A stretch of DNA of 64,000 bases from assembly GCA_049515915.1 (NCBI GenBank), contig JBEKTP010000006.1, positions 4,865 to 68,864 on the forward strand, written 5' to 3'. Both the position numbers and the translations under genes were made by a program. This DNA is from Patescibacteria group bacterium (GTDB lineage Bacteria; Patescibacteriota; UBA1384; UBA12157; JAENIV01). The notes under the pieces are model-generated. The model did no database searches and had not been told where the DNA came from. It worked only from the letters and a program-made list of their open reading frames with translations. Numbering within the stretch: the first letter of the stretch is position 1; the number at the start of each line of letters is the position of its first letter. Below, in pieces: positions 28,244 through 37,898 of the stretch.

Positions 28244-29273
28244 CCACCGTGACGGTATCGGTATAACTTCCGGCCGGGGCCGAGCCTAAAACTTTAGCTT
28301 TAGAAGTAATGGTGACCGCCTGTGAATTGGCCACCCCATTAAAACTCGCTAAAGTTTGCGGCGTTCGGGTGTATCCACCAACCGTATCGCTTGATTGATT
28401 ATAATGCGCCGCGATGGTGGCCGTGGCCGAAGTTGCCTGAATCCCATAGCCAGCGACCGAATCCAAATTAGCTGAACTGTCATAACTGGCGTCAGCCGAA
28501 CCTAAAAGATAGCTCGAGACGGAATTGTATAATCCGGGATTGGTATTATTGCCTTGATCCTGAACCGAAATCGTATAACCGCTATTGGCATTGGTGGAAG
28601 TGGTGAAGGTAATATTGGGCGAAGAGGTTTTCACCGAAGTCGAAGTGATGGTGCCAAAATCCGTCGAAGTATGATCTAATGAAAAAGTAATCGTCGGATC
28701 AACGCTGGCCGTCACGGAAATTTGATCGCCGGTTAAAAGATAAACTGCGACCGAGCCGCTCTCTGAGGAAGAACCGGCTACGGCAATACTAATAACATAG
28801 GTAGCGTTTGAAGAGCCATTGACAGAATTGGTGTTGTCATAAGTAATAATAATTTTGTCCGAGGCCGCCACCGCCGCCGCGCCCACACCGTCAGTCGGGG
28901 CGGTTAAAGTGAAAATACGATCCTGAGTACCCGAAAAAGCCGCTCCCCAAGCTGAAGCTGAAGGCGTCGCTGCTAAAGTTTCCGTGTTTTCTAAACCAGT
29001 TGAAGCGCCATGAGTGAAAGTCACTGTTGAAATTGTTTTGGAGGTAAAGTTGAAATCAGAGGGGAAAGTGATCGTAATTGTGTCACCGGTAGTTTGGATG
29101 GCATTCTGCGTTGTAAATTTGATTATATGAGAAGAATTTTGAGAAACTTGCTGGCGGCTCATCGTATCGGAAGGGGCCGTCAGACCAGCCGCTTGAGCCC
29201 GTTTAACGATAATTAACGCCAAAAGTGCCAATATCAATACTCCAATAAATAACTTCTTTAAAGTCTTGAACAT
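28224..29273 (-). CDS. Secreted Thr/Ser-rich protein, paralog A of a tandem pair
   Basis: Signal peptide, conserved SDTMSRQQVSQNSSHIIKFTT...TITFPSDFNFTS N-block, C-terminal ...TVTVVATANF. Confidence 0.5.
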   Translation of the reverse strand: MFKTLKKLFIGVLILALLALIIVKRAQAAGLTAPSDTMSRQQVSQNSSHIIKFTTQNAIQTTGDTITITFPSDFNFTSKTISTVTFTHGASTGLENTETLAATPSASAWGAAFSGTQDRIFTLTAPTDGVGAAAVAASDKIIITYDNTNSVNGSSNATYVISIAVAGSSSESGSVAVYLLTGDQISVTASVDPTITFSLDHTSTDFGTITSTSVKTSSPNITFTTSTNANSGYTISVQDQGNNTNPGLYNSVSSYLLGSADASYDSSANLDSVAGYGIQATSATATIAAHYNQSSDTVGGYTRTPQTLASFNGVANSQAVTITSKAKVLGSAPAGSYTDTVTVVATANF

Positions 29274-29312
29274 ATTTTTACTGATTATTTCAAAAAATCA
29301 AATTAAATTTTA

Positions 29313-30425
29313 TTAGAAGTTTCCGGTACAAATGTAAGTTATAGTAGTTGAATAAGCGCCTGCGGGTGTAGTGGAAGCAACATTAGCGATGTATGAAACA
29401 GTAAAAGTATTGGAGGCGGTCGGCGCTGAAGCGCTGGCTAAAGGCGTGGCCGTATTAACAACATAACGGAAGCTATTGGCCGTACCGTAATCGGAAGCGG
29501 GAGTACCGCTACCCGAACCGGTTGGATTAGCTCCAGTTGAAGGTGTTGTATTGGCCTCTAAATTAATGCCAAATTGAGCGGTACCATAAGAAGAAGCCCC
29601 CGCCGAAGCCATGGCCGCAATGGAGTTGCTACCGCTTTTTAGCGTGTCACCGTTATAAGTAATCGTATAACCGCTAGTGCCATTGGTGCCGGCCGCTAAA
29701 GTATTAGCTGTGCTTTGATTATAACCGGTGCCGCCTGATTGGTAAGTCGGGTTGCCGCCGCCAGATTTAGTTAAACTTACCGATGTCGTGGTTAAGGTTA
29801 AAGTCAAATAAGGATCAATCGTCGTGGAAACGGTTACTTGATCATTGGTTAACAAAGTAATGGCATAGGAAGTCGGCCCGGCGGCACAATCTGTACCAGT
29901 CAGTTGAATGGTCGGTAGATAGGTTGTGGCCGTCGAACCATTTACCGCATGAGTGCTAGCATAGGAAATAATTAATTTATCATTGGCGGCAATCGGGTTT
30001 GGGTCAGCGGAAGTTGGAGCTGTCAAAGTTAAAGTCCGATTACTCGTACCAGAAAAAACCGCACCCCAGGTGGCAGACCCAGGGGCACCCGCTACTATAG
30101 TTGAGGTATGTTCCAAACCAGTAGAGGAACCATGAGTAAAGGTAAGGTCAGTGGAGACCGCGCTAGTAAAATTAAAATCGGAAGGAAAGACGATTGCAAT
30201 CGTATCACCTGATATTGCTATTGCGCCACCGGTTGTAAATTTAATCGCGTGACTGGAGTTTTGGGAAATCTGATCACGGCTCATCGTGTCAGAAATCGCC
30301 GTGATAGATGCCGTCGCACGGGTCAGTTGCGGATAACCAAAAGCCACAACTATGGCGAGAACTAAGAAATAGACCAAAAATCTCAAAAATTTTGAGCCTT
30401 CACCTTTACCTCGAGATAAAAACAT
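29313..30425 (-). CDS. Secreted Thr/Ser-rich protein, paralog B of a tandem pair
   Basis: Shares N-block SDTMSRDQISQNSSHAIKFTT...TIAIVFPSDFNFTS and the ...WGA.FSGT...TLTAPT block with paralog A. Ends ...TITYICTGNF. Confidence 0.5.
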   Translation of the reverse strand: MFLSRGKGEGSKFLRFLVYFLVLAIVVAFGYPQLTRATASITAISDTMSRDQISQNSSHAIKFTTGGAIAISGDTIAIVFPSDFNFTSAVSTDLTFTHGSSTGLEHTSTIVAGAPGSATWGAVFSGTSNRTLTLTAPTSADPNPIAANDKLIISYASTHAVNGSTATTYLPTIQLTGTDCAAGPTSYAITLLTNDQVTVSTTIDPYLTLTLTTTSVSLTKSGGGNPTYQSGGTGYNQSTANTLAAGTNGTSGYTITYNGDTLKSGSNSIAAMASAGASSYGTAQFGINLEANTTPSTGANPTGSGSGTPASDYGTANSFRYVVNTATPLASASAPTASNTFTVSYIANVASTTPAGAYSTTITYICTGNF

Positions 30426-30522
30426 AAACCCCTCCCTCTTTAGTCAAAGCCTTTTTGCTATCTATAATAAGTTTAAAACAATGTCATTATTTCGTCAATA
30501 TTGTCAATATATACAAGCTTTT

Positions 30523-31707
30523 TTATTTAAAGGAACTCAAAAAATCTTTAATTTCCTGGGATTTTATCTCTTTTGAACCGCGATTTCTGACCGAAATTTG
30601 GCCCTCTTTTTCTTCACGATCACCAACTACTATTATATAAGGCACTTTTTGAAGTTCGGCATCGCGGATTTTTTTATTAATCGATTCATTACGGTCGTCA
30701 ATTTCAAAACGAACTTCATTTATCTTTTCAGCCACCTTCTTCGCATAATCAAGATGCTTATCGGAGACAGTTAAAATCACCGTTTGCACAGGCGCTAGCC
30801 AAACCGGCAAATCGCCACGGGTGTGCTCAAGTAAAACGGCAACAAAGCGCTCAACTGAGCCCAAAATGGCGCGGTGAATAATGACCGGATTTTTCTTTTC
30901 GCCTTTTTCGTTGACATAGAAAGCCTCCAGTCGTTCGGCCATTGAAAAATCAAGTTGGATCGTACCCAGTTGCCAACTGCGATTCAGAGAATCTTTAACA
31001 TGAAAATCGATTTTCGGCCCGTAAAATGCACCTTCGCCTCTGTTTTCTTTATACTCAATTTTCGCATTTTTGAGCGCCTTGACCAAACCATTTTCTGCCT
31101 TTCGCCACTGCTCATTGGTACCGATCGATTTCTCCGGCCGAGTTGAAAGCTCAACCCGGATATCTTTGAAACCGTAAGATTTATATAATTCTTGAATAAA
31201 GTTAATCAGCTTGATAATTTCCGACTCAATTTGATCTTCAGTGCAAAAAATATGAGCGTCATCAATCGTCAACGCGCGAGCTCGAAACAAACCATTAACT
31301 TCACCTGGTTGTTCATAGCGGTAAACCATGCCGACTTCGGAAAATTTAATCGGTAAATCTTTATAAGAACGCATTTCCTCGTTAAAAATCATAATTCCAC
31401 CCGGACAGTTCATTGGTTTTAAACACCAATTAACACTCTCCGATTTCATTTCTTTCTCGTTGCCGGTGAAAAAAAGTTTTTCGCGATAGTTGTCGTAATG
31501 ACCACTTTTTTTTAAAGTTTCGGCTGAAATGATTGTCGAGGTTCGAATGTCATGATAACCCTCGTTCTTTAGTTTATTTTTTAAATTCTCGACAATTAAA
31601 TTAAAAAGAGTATTCCCTTTCGGCCACCAATAACAAGTCCCCGGAACATTGCGGGAAAAACTAAATAAGCCTAAACGACGTCCGATTTCTTTATGATCTT
31701 GTTCCAT
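30523..31707 (-). CDS. thrS: Threonyl-tRNA synthetase, minimal form (catalytic core + anticodon-binding domain only)
   Basis: Class II motifs (FRARALTIDDAHIFC, GTIQLDF) and C-terminal anticodon-binding domain. No N-terminal TGS or editing domains. Start set at MEQDHKE with AGGAG RBS. Confidence 0.8.
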   Translation of the reverse strand: MEQDHKEIGRRLGLFSFSRNVPGTCYWWPKGNTLFNLIVENLKNKLKNEGYHDIRTSTIISAETLKKSGHYDNYREKLFFTGNEKEMKSESVNWCLKPMNCPGGIMIFNEEMRSYKDLPIKFSEVGMVYRYEQPGEVNGLFRARALTIDDAHIFCTEDQIESEIIKLINFIQELYKSYGFKDIRVELSTRPEKSIGTNEQWRKAENGLVKALKNAKIEYKENRGEGAFYGPKIDFHVKDSLNRSWQLGTIQLDFSMAERLEAFYVNEKGEKKNPVIIHRAILGSVERFVAVLLEHTRGDLPVWLAPVQTVILTVSDKHLDYAKKVAEKINEVRFEIDDRNESINKKIRDAELQKVPYIIVVGDREEKEGQISVRNRGSKEIKSQEIKDFLSSFK

Positions 31708-31773
31708 ATTTATAACTCCTGGATTTATTTTACACCAGAGAGAAGAAGAGCGCAAGCTAAATTATGCGAACAA

Positions 31774-33006
31774 TCACTTAACAGGAAACTTTTTACAGAG
31801 TTTTAAGACTTTGGAGGCAATTTCTTTTTTCGATGCTGATTTTGAGAGCGTCGCCGCGACAAGTCCGGCCACAATTTCCATTTCTTTTTCCTTCATCCCA
31901 CGCGTGGTCAAGGCCGGCGTGCCGATGCGGATTCCCGAACCGATAAAGGGTTTTTGCGGATCGTTCGGGATGGTATTTTTGTTAACGATAATACCAATAT
32001 TTTCAAGGGCGATTTGGGCTTCTTTGCCAGTCGTTTTGATATCACGAAGATCAAGGAGCATTAAATGATTATCGGTCCCGCCGCTGACAATGCGCAGTCC
32101 CAACTTTTGTAACGATGTCGCTAAAGCCTTAGCGTTTTTCACAATTTGTTTAGCATAATTTTTAAAGTCGGGATCAAGCGCTTCGCCGAAACAAACCGCT
32201 TTGGCGGCAATTTGATGTTCGTGTGGTCCGCCCTGACTGCCCGGGAAAACGGCTTTATCAACTTGTTCGGCAAATTCTTTGCGGCAGATAATAATAGCGC
32301 CGCGCGGGCCGCGTAAAGTTTTATGAGTCGTGGCCATCGCTACATCAACATACGGAAAGCACGATGGATGCGCTCCGCCGACAATTAAGCCAGCAATATG
32401 AGCAATGTCGGCAAATAAATACGCCTTAACCGATTTAGCAATTTCTGATAATTTTTTAAAATTGATCGTCCGCGAATAAGCCGTCGCCCCGCAGACAATC
32501 ATTTTTGGTTTTTCGCGCTTGGCAATTTTGGCGATCTCGTCATAATCGAGTTGTTCGGTTTTAAGATCAACGCCGTAAGAAATAAATTTGTAAATTTTGC
32601 CAACTAAACTGATGGGCAAACCGTGGGTGATGTGTCCGCCTTGATCAAGCCGCATCCCCATAACTTTATCGCCTGGCTCTAAAAAAGCATGATAAATAGC
32701 AATGTTCGCTGGCGAGCCGGAATACGGCTGAACGTTGGCGTGCCATTTTTCGGGCGAGAGTTTAAATATTTTCAAGGCCCTGGCTTTGGCCACTTCCTCA
32801 ACTTGATCAATGTTAATTTGCCCAGCATAATAGCGTTTACCCGGATAACCTTCGGAATATTTGTTCGCCAAAACCGAGCCCATCGCTTCGCGTACTTCCG
32901 CACTGCAATAATTTTCTGATGGGATTAAATCCAGTGTTTCTTGCTGGCGCTTGGCTTCGGCCTCGATTAATTTGGCAATTTTCGGATCTTTTGATTTCAA
33001 TGACAT
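31774..33006 (-). CDS. glyA: Serine hydroxymethyltransferase
   Basis: GGHITHG and PLP-Lys region TTHKTLRGPRGA, 410 aa. Confidence 0.9.
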   Translation of the reverse strand: MSLKSKDPKIAKLIEAEAKRQQETLDLIPSENYCSAEVREAMGSVLANKYSEGYPGKRYYAGQINIDQVEEVAKARALKIFKLSPEKWHANVQPYSGSPANIAIYHAFLEPGDKVMGMRLDQGGHITHGLPISLVGKIYKFISYGVDLKTEQLDYDEIAKIAKREKPKMIVCGATAYSRTINFKKLSEIAKSVKAYLFADIAHIAGLIVGGAHPSCFPYVDVAMATTHKTLRGPRGAIIICRKEFAEQVDKAVFPGSQGGPHEHQIAAKAVCFGEALDPDFKNYAKQIVKNAKALATSLQKLGLRIVSGGTDNHLMLLDLRDIKTTGKEAQIALENIGIIVNKNTIPNDPQKPFIGSGIRIGTPALTTRGMKEKEMEIVAGLVAATLSKSASKKEIASKVLKLCKKFPVK

Positions 33007-33018
33007 TTTATTTCCTTA

Positions 33019-33510
33019 CTAGCGTTCGAGCTCGACATATCGATATTTCAAACCGTTTGATTCCTCTGGCTGCTCCGATACTATTTTAAATGATGAATAA
33101 TCGGGAAAAAATGTATCCGCCTCAAAATCCCCTTCTACTAGCGTTAAATATAATTTATCGGCCAAATCAATTGTTTGAGCATAAATCGAGCCGCCACCGA
33201 TAAAAAATATTTCGTTTTGATCTTTCTGGCTCGCTTGCTCGATAGCCTCGTCAATCGAATGACAAACAATACAATCATTAACTTTTAAGTTTAGATCTTT
33301 AGCTATAACAATATTTTCACGATTTGGCAATGGCCGACCAATCGATTCAAAAGTTTTTTGCCCCATAATCACCGGATGGTTTAAAGTAATTTTTTTAAAA
33401 TGCTCTAAATCCGCCGGAATATTCCAAAGCAGTTTATTATTTTTGCCGATCGCCCGATTCTTCTCGGCCACGGCACAAATTAGACTAATTTTTGGTTTTT
33501 TCTTTGACAT
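33019..33510 (-). CDS. folA: Dihydrofolate reductase
   Basis: ISLICAVAEKNRAIGKNNKLLWNIPADLEHFKKIT..GQKTFESIG, ~163 aa. Confidence 0.8.
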   Translation of the reverse strand: MSKKKPKISLICAVAEKNRAIGKNNKLLWNIPADLEHFKKITLNHPVIMGQKTFESIGRPLPNRENIVIAKDLNLKVNDCIVCHSIDEAIEQASQKDQNEIFFIGGGSIYAQTIDLADKLYLTLVEGDFEADTFFPDYSSFKIVSEQPEESNGLKYRYVELER

Positions 33511-34471
33511 ATTTGGTAAAAAATCCGCCAGAAACCGAAAGTTCTCCTTTAAGAGCAGGGTGAGGGTTATAGTTTTCTATAACGACGTTTTCCGGTCTAA
33601 AGTCATCGATATTGTTAAGCTTACCCTTTATTCGCACTGTTGGCAATGGCCGAGGAGCTCTTTTAAGTTGCTCTCTCGCTTGCGCCATATGATTTTCATA
33701 AATATGAACGTCCCCGTACGAATGAATAAATTCGCCGGGCTGATAGCCAGTTATTTTAGCCAGGATTATTGTCAGTAATGCATAACACGCGATGTTAAAC
33801 GGAACGCCCAGAAACATATCGCAAGTTCGCTGATAAAGGTGAAGGTTTAGCTTGCCGTTTTTCACGCTCACCTGATAAAAGATGTGACACAAAGGAAAGC
33901 GAGCGGCATCTTCTCTCTCGGCCATGGTGTATAGATATTCTGGATTCCAGGAGCTGACAATCGCATTCCGTGCATATGGATCATCCTTGATTTCATTTAT
34001 CATCCATTTTAGTTGGTCGATGGTTTGACCTTTGCGCGTCGGCCAATGACGCCAGAGCTCGCCGTAAATTTTTGGCAGAACACCATATTTTTTGGCATAA
34101 GCTTTGTTGGTCGCGATTTTTTCAATGAATTCTTCCTTCGTTATATCTGGTTCTTTGCCAGCTTCAACTTTCTCCCGATAAATTTTGTAAGGATAATCAT
34201 CCCAAATGTGAACGTTTTGATCGACTAAATATTTAATATTGTTTTGACCAGAAATAAACCAATAAAGCTCTTCAACAATTCCTCGCCAAAAAACTTTTTT
34301 AGTCGTGAGCAATGGAAAACCTTTTGATAAGTCAAAGCGAGCCTGACGACCAAAAAGACCGTAGGAAATATCGCCTGTGCCTCGATCGACGTTCTTAACG
34401 CCATGTTTATAAATTTCTTCAAGTAGATTTAGATACTGATATTCCGGATGATTTTTGGAAACTTGCGGCAT
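33485..34471 (-). CDS. thyA: Thymidylate synthase (ThyA type)
   Basis: Active-site FPLCHIFYQ (PxCH motif) and conserved WNPEY region. Overlaps the folA start. Confidence 0.85.
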   Translation of the reverse strand: MPQVSKNHPEYQYLNLLEEIYKHGVKNVDRGTGDISYGLFGRQARFDLSKGFPLLTTKKVFWRGIVEELYWFISGQNNIKYLVDQNVHIWDDYPYKIYREKVEAGKEPDITKEEFIEKIATNKAYAKKYGVLPKIYGELWRHWPTRKGQTIDQLKWMINEIKDDPYARNAIVSSWNPEYLYTMAEREDAARFPLCHIFYQVSVKNGKLNLHLYQRTCDMFLGVPFNIACYALLTIILAKITGYQPGEFIHSYGDVHIYENHMAQAREQLKRAPRPLPTVRIKGKLNNIDDFRPENVVIENYNPHPALKGELSVSGGFFTKYVKEKTKN

Positions 34472-34483
34472 GTCGACTCCTTT

Positions 34484-35071
34484 CTAGAAACGCTTTTCTT
34501 CTTTTTTATCTAATGTAACGTTTGTGATATTAGTTTTTGATGGTTTAGTCTTTTCCTCAAACCGGAACTGTTCGCAAATAATCCCGCGTTTAATCGCCAA
34601 CTCTCGCGCTTCCGGCTCGGCTTTTTTCTTTGTTCCGTCCGATCCGTCAAGAACGCGCAGATAGTCATCGAGATAAACAATCCGCTTGATACCCAAATTA
34701 TTGAGCGCTTTCATACAGTCGTAGCACGGAAAAACCGTAATATAGAGCGTCGCTCCTTTTAGTTTTGATGTATCGCCGGCATTAATAATCGCGTTCATTT
34801 CCGAATGAACACCGCGACATCTTTTGATCTCGCCGGTGATCGGATCGCCATGGACTTTAGCGCAACCGACTTCATTGCAGTGGTAGTCACCAACCGATGG
34901 GCCGTTGTAACCGATCGAAATAATTTTATGATTTTCGTCGACAAAAACGGAAGCGACTTTATGAAAAAGGCAGGCTACTCGCTCGGTCGCCGTGAGTGCA
35001 ATTTTCATAAAAAATTCGTCCCAAGAAGTTCGCGACCCTTTGATAAAATTATTTTTTTTCTGAGGCACCAA
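34484..35071 (-). CDS. dCMP deaminase (CMP/dCMP deaminase zinc-binding family)
   Basis: HSEMNAI and PCYDCMKAL zinc-ligand motifs. Confidence 0.75.
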   Translation of the reverse strand: MVPQKKNNFIKGSRTSWDEFFMKIALTATERVACLFHKVASVFVDENHKIISIGYNGPSVGDYHCNEVGCAKVHGDPITGEIKRCRGVHSEMNAIINAGDTSKLKGATLYITVFPCYDCMKALNNLGIKRIVYLDDYLRVLDGSDGTKKKAEPEARELAIKRGIICEQFRFEEKTKPSKTNITNVTLDKKEEKRF

Positions 35072-35086
35072 AACCTCCTTCGCCCC

Positions 35087-35626
35087 TTATATTTGTTTCT
35101 CTCTTTTTTTTGTCGTTACTCGGCCACCTTGCCATTGGCCGCGGTAAGCATTTGTTTTCCCCTTCACTTCCCAAAATAAAATATGAACAATGCGCGCTCC
35201 TAATTCAATTTCCATTTTAGCTTTTCCAGCATTATAAAAAAGAAAGGTTAATTCGCCTTGATAACCTGGGGGGACATTTCCGGCTGACATAATAATTCCC
35301 GAACGGTAAAGTGTACTACGCATCCACGTTTTTGCAGTCAAATTTTGTGGAAGATTCACTCTTTCCAACGTGGTTACTAAATAACTTTCGGCGGGTTTAA
35401 TGATTATTGATTTTTTCTTTTTTGGGTTATATTCAGCAACAAGTTTAGAATCAGCAGAATTTCTTTCGTCAATTCCTAGAAAACCCTTGCCGGAAATTTT
35501 ATGAACTTTACCCAACCGCAAATCAAAACCTGATCCTTCAGGATTTGTTAATTCCCGATCGCACAAACCTTCAACCAACTTTTTGCTTTTAACCAACTTT
35601 AGTAACTCATCAACACCCAAAACCAC
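35087..35626 (-). CDS. dcd: dCTP deaminase/dUTPase-superfamily protein (Dcd-like)
   Basis: FDLRLG...GNVPPGYQGELTFLFYNAG...IVHILFW pattern typical of the Dcd/Dut beta-barrel family. Confidence 0.55.
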   Translation of the reverse strand: MVLGVDELLKLVKSKKLVEGLCDRELTNPEGSGFDLRLGKVHKISGKGFLGIDERNSADSKLVAEYNPKKKKSIIIKPAESYLVTTLERVNLPQNLTAKTWMRSTLYRSGIIMSAGNVPPGYQGELTFLFYNAGKAKMEIELGARIVHILFWEVKGKTNAYRGQWQGGRVTTKKREKQI

Positions 35627-35703
35627 ATTTCCTCCTAATGTTAACTGTAACCATACTATAAGATGACCTGTAAAAATGTCAAACTTTCAGGTACAATATA
35701 GGT

Positions 35704-36123
35704 ATGCAAATTATCGCTTCAAACAAAAAAGCCCATTTAGAGTATGAACTAGAAGATCACTTTGAAGCCGGGCTTGTTTTGACCGGCCAAGAAATCAAAG
35801 CCATCCGCCATCATCGCGTCAATTTAGACGGGACATTTTGTCGTGTTCAAGGCGGCGAAGCGTGGGTTTTAAATATGCACATTGCCACGGTCAAAGAGCC
35901 GGAACGCTCGCGCAAACTCTTGCTTCACAAAGCCGAAATCCAATCGCTTATCGGCAAAACCCAACAAAAAAACTATACATTGATTCCCACAAAACTTTAT
36001 ATTAAAAAAGGCAAAGCGAAACTCGAAATCGCACTTGGTCGCGGCAAAAAACTTTATGACCATCGCGAGGATCTTAAAAAGCGCGATCTCAACCGTCAGG
36101 CCGTCCGCGAACTGGCCGAATAA
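35704..36123 (+). CDS. smpB: SsrA-binding protein
   Basis: KKAHLEYELEDHFEAGLVLTGQEIKAIRH...SRKLLLHKAEI canonical SmpB. TACAAT box 8 nt before the ATG suggests a leaderless transcript. Confidence 0.8.
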   Translation: MQIIASNKKAHLEYELEDHFEAGLVLTGQEIKAIRHHRVNLDGTFCRVQGGEAWVLNMHIATVKEPERSRKLLLHKAEIQSLIGKTQQKNYTLIPTKLYIKKGKAKLEIALGRGKKLYDHREDLKKRDLNRQAVRELAE

Positions 36124-36680
36124 ATATAGATCGTTTTATTAAAAAACTTTGTTTGAGATAATAATTTTAGACCCGGAACTAGGAAACTTATCGATATTAA
36201 TCGAGCGGATTTTTTGAGCTCTTTTTTAAATCTTGGTGCCAGTTTTTCTAAAAACTCCGGCAAAAGATAACAATAAACAATATCGGCTTTCGAAAGATCG
36301 ACTTTTTTAATGTTTCTAAAATAAATTCTGGGTAAACAGAATATTCTATTATTTCCGCTCGATCGAGAATGATAGAAACTATATAACATCATTCTGATTT
36401 TTGACCAAATATAATAGTAGGGCGAAATTTCAAACCCCATCGCTTCGGCGCCCCATTCGGCCGCAATGATTAAGCTCTCACCATTACCGCTGCCGAGATC
36501 GTAAAATTTTTCACCTTTACGAAGATTAGCGAGCTTGAGTGATTTTCTAATAACCTCTTTTCCGGCCCCGACCGATGGGCTGCCCCAAAAAGCCGAAATC
36601 AAATTTGAGCCTTGCCAGAAGAGCACAAACAAGGCAAGTACAAAAAGCAATAAAAATATTAAGCCAAATAAAATAACCAC
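36096..36680 (-). CDS. Class I SAM-dependent methyltransferase with N-terminal TM helix
   Basis: LGSGNGESLIIAAEWGAEAMGFEISP motif I. Confidence 0.5.
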   Translation of the reverse strand: MVILFGLIFLLLFVLALFVLFWQGSNLISAFWGSPSVGAGKEVIRKSLKLANLRKGEKFYDLGSGNGESLIIAAEWGAEAMGFEISPYYYIWSKIRMMLYSFYHSRSSGNNRIFCLPRIYFRNIKKVDLSKADIVYCYLLPEFLEKLAPRFKKELKKSARLISISFLVPGLKLLSQTKFFNKTIYIYSASSRTA

Positions 36681-36706
36681 AAATCCATTTTAAAACGGAT
36701 TTTCGA

Positions 36707-37477
36707 TTAGTAAATAAAGCCTTTAATCACCGGAGAATTGGCGGAGATAACCCTCGAAGAAATAATCCCGAAACCAAGGTAGTTCATTTCCGAAACGGTG
36801 ACCTGATCGCCGTTAACGGCCTCGACATAGGCCACATGACCGGCCGCGCCGCCTTCATAAGTGACCATAATCGCGCCGACTTGTGGCACCGAACCGGTGG
36901 CAAAACCGTACGCGCGAGCACCGGTAAGCCACGTACCGGCGTTCCCAAACCACGGGATCGGTCTTTTGGAAGCAACATAGTAAGTGCAATAGCCATACGG
37001 AAAGTGATTGCTGACCGAATCACCTGCCTGATATAATGAAACAGTTCGAGTGACAGTTTTGACCGCCATTGTTTTTTTAACAACCGGTTTCGGATCTTGA
37101 GTAATTGTTGTTTCAGCCACCAGCGGCTTAGCTAAGAATCCGTCGGGCGGAGTGACAGTGACATTTTGAGAATCAGCCACCGGCACACCAATAACCGGTA
37201 AATTATCTTGAATAATCGGCGCGGCATTCGAAATTGCTTGTTTGGCCAAATCTAATTGCGTCACGACCGGAATATTCGCTGCTTGAGCTTTGGAAATCGA
37301 AAACAAATTCGACCCAAGCTCAGAAAATCCGCCGGTCAAAATGAGAGCCACAATTCCCCCTACCCCAAGAAGGGATGTGGCGAGATTAAATTGTCTTTTT
37401 CTTATTAGAGACTTTTGTTTCGAATTTTTGCGAGATTCTTTAAAGCTTTTCCCCCGTTTCCCCTTGAGCGGTGACAT
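36707..37477 (-). CDS. CHAP-domain cell-wall hydrolase, membrane-anchored
   Basis: C-terminal CTYYVA...GHVAYVE Cys/His CHAP signature, N-terminal basic segment plus TM helix. Start set at MSPLKGKRG. Confidence 0.6.
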   Translation of the reverse strand: MSPLKGKRGKSFKESRKNSKQKSLIRKRQFNLATSLLGVGGIVALILTGGFSELGSNLFSISKAQAANIPVVTQLDLAKQAISNAAPIIQDNLPVIGVPVADSQNVTVTPPDGFLAKPLVAETTITQDPKPVVKKTMAVKTVTRTVSLYQAGDSVSNHFPYGYCTYYVASKRPIPWFGNAGTWLTGARAYGFATGSVPQVGAIMVTYEGGAAGHVAYVEAVNGDQVTVSEMNYLGFGIISSRVISANSPVIKGFIY

Positions 37478-37857
37478 CTGGTATAATTTGATTTCCAGAG
37501 CATCCGAGGCGGACGTACAAATAATGAACCTCCATGTTAAGAGAGTGATAACTGGATCCCGTCCTCTTAAGGTACTGCCGAATTTCGGCCTTGAATTCAA
37601 CTATCAACTCTCGATGCAAGTCAAGAAAGCGCTCTTCAGACAAGCTTTTTTGACAACACGATATAAATTTTATCATGAGTGTAAATTTTGTCAAGCCTCC
37701 AGCCCCCATCTGTTAAAATATTAGAAACCGAAGCCTGTGGATAACCTTTTACAAAAAATAGTGACAACCTTCCCCTTTGTTAGTTAAAGCCGATAACGCG
37801 GCCTTTTTTTACGAAAAATCACCCTCTAAAGGTAATTTGCGAATAGATACAAGTAAG

Positions 37858-37885
37858 GCGCGGATTTCTCCGCGCCTTACGCCCA
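37858..37885 (-). terminator. Hairpin terminator downstream of the 37899..38375 gene
   Basis: GGCGCGGA TTTC TCCGCGCC perfect inverted repeat. Confidence 0.4.
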
Positions 37886-37898
37886 CAAAGCGGGAAGG

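Noticed and set aside
36784-37083. Overlapping ORFs inside the CHAP gene
   Set aside because: Alternative frames of a GC-richer segment. No independent signals.
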